NCBI GenBank assembly: GCA_964596735.1
Contig: CAZQVF010000004.1
Coordinates: 229 to 64,228 of the forward strand
Direction: 5' to 3'
Length of the DNA stretch: 64,000 nt
Source: an uncultured Gammaproteobacteria bacterium
GTDB taxonomy: Bacteria; Patescibacteriota; Patescibacteriia; UBA2591; UBA6264
The notes beneath the pieces were generated by a model. That model was not told the origin of the DNA, searched no databases, and saw only the letters and a program-made list of their open reading frames with translations. Position numbers and translations under genes: made by a program. Positions 58,704-64,000 of this stretch are shown here, piece after piece. The number at the start of each line of letters is the position of its first letter. Position 1 is the stretch's first letter.

Positions 58704-59192
58704 TTAAACCTTAGGAACTTTTAAAGATTCTAAAGCCTTAAAAGTTGCCTTAACATTGTTTATTTTGCTTTTTGAACCCAGAATTTTAGCAGTAACATTT
58801 CTAATCCCTGATAAAGATAAGACTGTTCTAACGGCTCCTCCGGCGACGATTCCATGACCTTTTCTAGCTGGTCGTAATAAAACTTGGGCCGCTCCATACT
58901 TAGCCTTAACCCAATGAGGAATAGTATCGTTAACAATTGTCACTTTGATTAAATTTTTATTTGCCTTACGTACTGCTTTGTGAATAGCTCCGGCGACATC
59001 TGTCCCCTTGGCTAATCCCATTCCAATTTCTCCTTTATTATTTCCAATAACCATACAGGCACGAAAACTTAAACGTTTTCCTCCCTTAACAACTCTAGTT
59101 ACTCGAGCTAAATCAACTAATTGCTGAATAAACTCTGGCTCAGTTTTAACTCTAGGCAACCCCCTACGTTTTATTCTCTTTTCTTTTGTCAT
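58704..59192 (-). CDS. rpsE: 30S ribosomal protein S5
   Basis: RVTRVVKGGKRLSF, GIVAGG.VR. Confidence 0.97.
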   Translation of the reverse strand: MTKEKRIKRRGLPRVKTEPEFIQQLVDLARVTRVVKGGKRLSFRACMVIGNNKGEIGMGLAKGTDVAGAIHKAVRKANKNLIKVTIVNDTIPHWVKAKYGAAQVLLRPARKGHGIVAGGAVRTVLSLSGIRNVTAKILGSKSKINNVKATFKALESLKVPKV

Positions 59193-59196
59193 TTGT

Positions 59197-59562
59197 TTAA
59201 AATTTTAGTCCGCCCTGCCTTGCTCCTTCGGCTACTGCCTTAACTCGTCCATGATATTTATATCCTCCACGATCAAAAACTATTTTTTTAATTTTCTTTT
59301 CAATCGCTTTTTTAGCTAAAATCTTTCCAACCTCTAAGGCACTATTTATATTTGAAGATTCTTTGGTTTTAGATTTTGTTTTTGGTTTTTTATCAGTAAC
59401 AGATAATAAAGTTTTTCCTTTTTTATCATCAATCAACTGCGCATAAATATATTTATTACTTCTGAAAACACAAAGTCTTGGACATTGACTTGTTCCATTA
59501 ATTTTAGCGCGAACTCGGCGATGTCTTCTTTCTCTTTGCAATTGTTTTTTTACTTGAATCAT
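59197..59562 (-). CDS. rplR: 50S ribosomal protein L18
   Basis: [24 protein letters not shown]. Confidence 0.97.
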   Translation of the reverse strand: MIQVKKQLQRERRHRRVRAKINGTSQCPRLCVFRSNKYIYAQLIDDKKGKTLLSVTDKKPKTKSKTKESSNINSALEVGKILAKKAIEKKIKKIVFDRGGYKYHGRVKAVAEGARQGGLKF

Positions 59563-59574
59563 AAAAATTATCGA

Positions 59575-60123
59575 TTACGTGCCTGCTCCAGCAACCCTTT
59601 TGCCGGCTTTTCGACGAACTATCTCATCAGAATATTTAATTCCCTTTCCCTTATATGGTTCTGGTTTTTTAAACTTCCTGATTTGAGCTGCTGTTTCTCC
59701 TACTAACTGTTTATCAATACCCCGAATAACAATTGTTCTTTTTTCAACATCTGCTTCAATATTTTTAGGAATTAAATATTCTATCGGGTGGGAAAAGCCA
59801 ACGTTAAGAGTAATCTTATCTCCTTGTTTTTCTGCTCGATAACCCACTCCTACCAATTCTAGTTTTTTTTCAAATCCTTGAGTTACCCCTTGAATCATAT
59901 TAGAAATCAGCTTAGCAAATGTTCCCCAACAAGCTCTTTGTTTCTTTTCTTCAGGCTTTTTAACCAAAACTTTTAGCTGATTATCTTTTATTTCAATTTT
60001 AACAAAATCTGGCAAAAATTGCTTTAATTCGCCCTTTGACCCTTTGACTAAAATCTGTTGATCTTGTACTTTTATTTCAACGTTTTCTGGAATAGAAATA
60101 ATTTTCTTACCAATTCTTGACAT
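59575..60123 (-). CDS. rplF: 50S ribosomal protein L6
   Basis: MSRIGK, GVGYRA, PEPYKGKGI. ATG 60123. Confidence 0.97.
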   Translation of the reverse strand: MSRIGKKIISIPENVEIKVQDQQILVKGSKGELKQFLPDFVKIEIKDNQLKVLVKKPEEKKQRACWGTFAKLISNMIQGVTQGFEKKLELVGVGYRAEKQGDKITLNVGFSHPIEYLIPKNIEADVEKRTIVIRGIDKQLVGETAAQIRKFKKPEPYKGKGIKYSDEIVRRKAGKRVAGAGT

Positions 60124-60127
60124 AGGA

Positions 60128-60532
60128 TTAATATATTTCACAGATTAATTCTCCTCCCAAATTCTTCTCTCTAGCTTCTTGTCCGGTCATCAAGCCTTTG
60201 GAGGTAGATAAAATATTCATTCCCAAACCATTTAAAACTTTGGGAATTTTATCTTTTTTAACATAAATACGTTGACCTGGGCTACTGATTCTTTTTAAAG
60301 TACCAATAACTGATTGGTTGTCTTCGTTATACTTTAATTTAATTTTTATTTGCTTAAATCCTGTTTTACTTTTCGTCGCATCAATTATTTCCACTTTTTC
60401 AATCAATTTTTCTTTTTCTAATACTTTAGCAATATTAAACTTAACCTTGGAATAAGGCAAAACTATCTCTGGTTTTTTAATAGCCAAAGCATTGCGAATT
60501 CTTGTTAGCATGTCAGCAATTGGATCAGTCAT
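60128..60532 (-). CDS. rpsH: 30S ribosomal protein S8
   Basis: DPIADMLTRIRNA, STSKG, GGE. Confidence 0.98.
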   Translation of the reverse strand: MTDPIADMLTRIRNALAIKKPEIVLPYSKVKFNIAKVLEKEKLIEKVEIIDATKSKTGFKQIKIKLKYNEDNQSVIGTLKRISSPGQRIYVKKDKIPKVLNGLGMNILSTSKGLMTGQEAREKNLGGELICEIY

Positions 60533-60559
60533 AATATTTTAACTTAATATTCTAATTAT

Positions 60560-60745
60560 TTACCAGGATGATTTTCTCACCCCTGGTATTGCGCCCTTGG
60601 TCGCTAGTTCTCTAAAACAAATGCGACAAACATCAAATTCTCTCATATAGCCACGTTTTCTTCCGCAACGCCAACAACGTCGTACTTTTCGTGTTCGATA
60701 TTTAGGCTCTTTATTTGATTTAATTATTTGTCCTTTTGTTGCCAT
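60560..60745 (-). CDS. rpsN: 30S ribosomal protein S14 (zinc-binding type Z)
   Basis: RC.RCGR, CRICFRE, PGV.KSSW. Confidence 0.96.
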   Translation of the reverse strand: MATKGQIIKSNKEPKYRTRKVRRCWRCGRKRGYMREFDVCRICFRELATKGAIPGVRKSSW

Positions 60746-60756
60746 ATATTTCAAAA

Positions 60757-61302
60757 TTATTCCTTTCTAAAGGGGAACCCTAATAATCTAAATAGTTCTA
60801 ATGCCTTTTCTTTGCTTTGAGTTGTTGTCGTAATTACCACCTGTAAACCATGGGTTGCCTCAAGGCTTTCCTGATTAATCTCTGGAAAAACTACCTGCTC
60901 TTTAAGGCCGATTGATAAATTCCCCTGCTGATCAATGCTCTGTCTTTTTAGTCCTCTAAAATCTCTTATTCTTGGTAGGGCAATGTTAACTAATTTATCT
61001 ATAAAATCATACATTTTTGGTCCCCGCAGAGTCGTGCTTATGCCAACTGGCATTCCTTCTCTAATTTTAAACCCGGCAATTGATTTTTTTGCTAGATTTT
61101 TAACTGGCTGTTGTCCGGTAATTTGAGCAACAGTTTTTGTAACCATGTCAACATATTTAGAATTCTTCTCTGTAGTTCCCCGGCTTAATCCAGAATTAAC
61201 AACAACCTTTTCTATCTTAGGGACAGCCATCTTGTTCTGATAATTAAATTTTTTGATCAATTCTGGAACAACTTTTTTTAAATATATTTGCTTTAAATCC
61301 AT
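60757..61302 (-). CDS. rplE: 50S ribosomal protein L5
   Basis: [23 protein letters not shown]. Confidence 0.98.
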   Translation of the reverse strand: MDLKQIYLKKVVPELIKKFNYQNKMAVPKIEKVVVNSGLSRGTTEKNSKYVDMVTKTVAQITGQQPVKNLAKKSIAGFKIREGMPVGISTTLRGPKMYDFIDKLVNIALPRIRDFRGLKRQSIDQQGNLSIGLKEQVVFPEINQESLEATHGLQVVITTTTQSKEKALELFRLLGFPFRKE

Positions 61303-61318
61303 ATGATTAATCTATTTT

Positions 61319-61627
61319 TTAAAAGATGTCTTCACATTTTCGACAAATTCTTTTTTTTCTATTATCAGTTAAAATCTTGTATCCCACTCTAACTCTTTTT
61401 TTGCAATGAGGGCAAATCAACATTACCTTTGAAATATGCAAGGGAGTGGCCATCTTGATTCTTTGTCCCTTTTCTCCAGATTTTTTTGGCCGAACATGCT
61501 TAGTTACCACATTTAAACCCTCAACAACTATTTTGTCTTCCTGGGGTAAAGATCGGATCACTTTCCCCTTTTTCCCTTTATCTTTACCATTAATTATTTG
61601 GACTGTGTCACCTTTTTTTATTTTCAT
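61319..61627 (-). CDS. rplX: 50S ribosomal protein L24
   Basis: KIKKGD.V..I.GKDKGK.G, VEG.N. Confidence 0.97.
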   Translation of the reverse strand: MKIKKGDTVQIINGKDKGKKGKVIRSLPQEDKIVVEGLNVVTKHVRPKKSGEKGQRIKMATPLHISKVMLICPHCKKRVRVGYKILTDNRKKRICRKCEDIF

Positions 61628-61666
61628 ATTATTATAAGCAGATTTTGAAGTTAAAAAACATCTTAA

Positions 61667-62038
61667 TTATAAAACTTCGGGGGCCAAAGAAATTATCTTA
61701 GTAAAACCTTTTTCTCTTAATTCTCGGGCAACAACACTAAAAATTCTGCCTCCCTTTGGTTCTTTGGTTTTTCTGTCAACAATCACCGCGGCATTATCAT
61801 CAAATCTGACATAAACACCATTGGCTCGACGAGTTTCCTTTTTTGTTCTAACAATGACCGCATGAATCACCTCTCCCTTTTTTACTGAGGTGTGAGGAAC
61901 AGCCTTTTTAATTGTCGCTGTAATAATATCGCCAATACGAGCATAACGCTTCCTATATCCCCCTAAAACGCGGATACACTGTATTTCTTTGGCTCCAGTG
62001 TTATCAATAACTTTTAGTCTTGTTTCTGGTTGAATCAT
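61667..62038 (-). CDS. rplN: 50S ribosomal protein L14
   Basis: MIQ..T.L.V.DNTGA, FDDNAAV, SLAPEVL. Confidence 0.98.
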   Translation of the reverse strand: MIQPETRLKVIDNTGAKEIQCIRVLGGYRKRYARIGDIITATIKKAVPHTSVKKGEVIHAVIVRTKKETRRANGVYVRFDDNAAVIVDRKTKEPKGGRIFSVVARELREKGFTKIISLAPEVL

Positions 62039-62053
62039 AAACCCGCTTTATAA

Positions 62054-62299
62054 TTAAATTACTTTTTTCTTAATTTCAATTAATCTCCATTTCTTATCTT
62101 TTGACAAGGGTCTGCATTCCTCAAAAATAACTTGATCACCAATTTTAGCTTCATTTTTCTGGTCATGAACCTTGTATTTTTTACTAACCCGATATCTTTT
62201 TTTATAGATAGGGTGGACTTTTGTCCGATTTATCTTAACAACAATGGTTTTATCCATTTTATCACTAGTCACTATTCCTTGAAATCTTTTTTTGGCCAT
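62054..62299 (-). CDS. rpsQ: 30S ribosomal protein S17
   Basis: SDKMDKTIVV, HP.YKK, ECRPLSK.K.W. Confidence 0.97.
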   Translation of the reverse strand: MAKKRFQGIVTSDKMDKTIVVKINRTKVHPIYKKRYRVSKKYKVHDQKNEAKIGDQVIFEECRPLSKDKKWRLIEIKKKVI

Positions 62300-62304
62300 A
62301 GTAT

Positions 62305-62487
62305 TTATTTTTGATTAATAAATGTAAGTATTTTGGCAATTAATTTCTTTGCCTTTCTTATCTCTCTCACATTTTTTGATTGCTTCATTTGAATATCAAA
62401 ACGTAGATTACGTAGTTTCTCTCTAGAATCTTCTAATAATCTTTCTAATTCCTTTTTTGTTTTTTGTTTAAGCTCCTTTGTTTTCAT
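62305..62487 (-). CDS. rpmC: 50S ribosomal protein L29
   Basis: Size, position, LRF and IA.ILT motifs. Confidence 0.92.
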   Translation of the reverse strand: MKTKELKQKTKKELERLLEDSREKLRNLRFDIQMKQSKNVREIRKAKKLIAKILTFINQK

Positions 62488-62490
62488 TTT

Positions 62491-62910
62491 CTAAATATTA
62501 TCTTTGCTGACAAATTTAGTTTTCACTGGCAATTTATATGAAGCTGCTTTAAAGGCTTTTTTGGCCAATTCTTCATCAACTCCGGTGACTTCAAAAAGAA
62601 TCATTCCCGGTTTTACGGCAACGACATAATGGTCAACCGCTCCTTTACCCTTGCCCATAGGAACCTCTGAGCCCTTGGTGGTGACTGGTTTATCAGGAAA
62701 AATCCTAATCCAAATCTTTCCCCTTTTTTTAAATGCCCGGGTAAGTGTTCGGCGCACCGTTTCAATTTGACGAGCCGTTATCCAACGATGCTCTAATGTT
62801 TTTAATCCAAAATCACCAAAACTAACCGTAGTTCCTCTTGTTGCCTGACTTTTTGTTCGCCTTCTTCCCTTGTGGCTCTTTCTATACTTTTGTTTCTTGG
62901 GCATTAACAT
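62491..62910 (-). CDS. rplP: 50S ribosomal protein L16
   Basis: [23 protein letters not shown]. Confidence 0.98.
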   Translation of the reverse strand: MLMPKKQKYRKSHKGRRRTKSQATRGTTVSFGDFGLKTLEHRWITARQIETVRRTLTRAFKKRGKIWIRIFPDKPVTTKGSEVPMGKGKGAVDHYVVAVKPGMILFEVTGVDEELAKKAFKAASYKLPVKTKFVSKDNI

Positions 62911-62912
62911 AT

Positions 62913-63587
62913 TTATGCCTTTAAATTAACTTTTATTTGATTAGGTTTTGCTTTTTCAAATTTTTCTCCGCGATAAACCCAGACCTTAACGCCGATTGAA
63001 CCATATGTTGTTGCGGCTACGCCACGAGCATAGTCAATGTCTGCTCGCAAAGTATGAAGCGGTAAATTTCCCCAGATCAATTTTTCTGATCGAGCAATCT
63101 CAACGCCTCCTAAACGTCCACTAAGGATGATTTTTATTCCTTTAGCCTCGCTTGTTTTAGCCTGTTTAATAACTTTTTTCATCACTCGACGAAAAGGAAA
63201 TCTTTTCTCTAAATCAGCAATTGCTCCTTCTAGAATCACAGCGGCTGAAAGCATTGGCTTTTTCTCTTCAATAACATTAACCTCTAAAACAATTTTATCG
63301 CTGACAAAAACTTTTAATTCTTTTTTTAATTTTTCAATATCAAGACCTCCTCGACCAATAATTAATCCAGGCTTAGCCGTGGATATGCTGACTCTCACAA
63401 TGTTAGCCAACCTCTCAATACTAATATTAGAAACACCACAATTCTTTAGTCTTTTTGATAAAAACTCTCTAATCTGTATATCCTCTTTTAAGAATTGTTT
63501 AAATTCGTGCTTTTTGGCAAACCACTTTGATTCCCAATCTCTAATTAAGGGAATACGGAAAATTTTTGGATTTACTTTTCTTCCCAT
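62913..63587 (-). CDS. rpsC: 30S ribosomal protein S3
   Basis: [36 protein letters not shown]. Confidence 0.98.
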   Translation of the reverse strand: MGRKVNPKIFRIPLIRDWESKWFAKKHEFKQFLKEDIQIREFLSKRLKNCGVSNISIERLANIVRVSISTAKPGLIIGRGGLDIEKLKKELKVFVSDKIVLEVNVIEEKKPMLSAAVILEGAIADLEKRFPFRRVMKKVIKQAKTSEAKGIKIILSGRLGGVEIARSEKLIWGNLPLHTLRADIDYARGVAATTYGSIGVKVWVYRGEKFEKAKPNQIKVNLKA

Positions 63588-63591
63588 AATA

Positions 63592-63999
63592 TTAAATGCT
63601 TTTTCTTCTAAAAACCTTTTTCAAAGCCCCGCCAAAACCCTTACCTTTTGTTTGGTCCTGGGTTGGTTTGGGGCGATGTTTTTCTTGAGGCCGACTTAAT
63701 ATTTCTTCTTCTTTCTCTTTTTCTTTTACCGGCTTTTTTTTCTCAATTTTATCTTTAGAAATAGGTTCAATTATTGGTTCTTTAATTTTTGTTTTAACAG
63801 GCCTGGTCTCTGAGCTAGGAATTTTTTCTCCTAAAATAATTTCTAAATGTGAACTTCTTTTACGAATCTGTCCGGCCCGACCAAAAGCTCTTGGCCTCCA
63901 TCTTTTAAGAGTGGGTCCTTCGTTAACAAAGATTTCTTTAATAAAAAGATTTTCTTTTTTTAAATCAAAATTATGTTCTGCATTAGCTAAGGCTGACTT
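63592..63999 (-). CDS. rplV: 50S ribosomal protein L22, 5' truncated by window edge, with long basic C-terminal extension
   Basis: Hand translation: SALANAEHN...[25 protein letters not shown], then about 80 extra residues ending KVFRRKSI*. Not in the ORF track. Confidence 0.93.
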   Translation of the reverse strand, partial: KSALANAEHNFDLKKENLFIKEIFVNEGPTLKRWRPRAFGRAGQIRKRSSHLEIILGEKIPSSETRPVKTKIKEPIIEPISKDKIEKKKPVKEKEKEEEILSRPQEKHRPKPTQDQTKGKGFGGALKKVFRRKSI

Positions 64000-64000
64000 T

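Noticed and set aside
719-62314. Numerous 60-130 aa ORFs antisense to or nested in larger genes (e.g. 719..1015, 25587..25976, 34290..34553, 42037..42303)
   Set aside because: They overlap well-supported genes, have no motifs, and are expected by chance.
63127-63699. 190-aa + strand ORF
   Set aside because: Antisense shadow of rpsC/rplV with no recognisable motifs.

Overview
AT-rich bacterial chromosome segment, standard code 11 (TGA used as stop). It is very likely Patescibacteria/CPR (Parcubacteria-like): rpmD/L30 is missing from the spc operon, AlaRS is short, L22 is C-terminally extended, and there is a T4CP-like ATPase. Three parts. (1) 1-27272, + strand: a >27 kb Wzx/Wzy/Wzz-type surface glycan locus with many tailoring enzymes, a tandemly duplicated [membrane protein + flippase] pair and a TPP-dependent E1 alpha/beta pair. 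(2) 27343-64000, - strand: housekeeping run (S10/spc genes, secY, adk, map, ruvX, alaS, scpAB, tRNA-Arg, murE, rpoBC, ftsK, recA). (3) Best candidate for an undescribed system, at 39964-47127 between tRNA-Arg(CCG) and murE: a split dikinase-like cluster of four divergent ~490-520 aa proteins that each end in a phospho-His swivel domain, plus one stand-alone PPDK/PEP-synthase ATP-binding-domain gene interrupted by a single in-frame TAA. A family of small hairpin cassettes bounded by GAACC direct repeats sits just after several stop codons, and a related palindrome is inserted in frame inside murE. All product calls come from motif recognition; no database searches were run.
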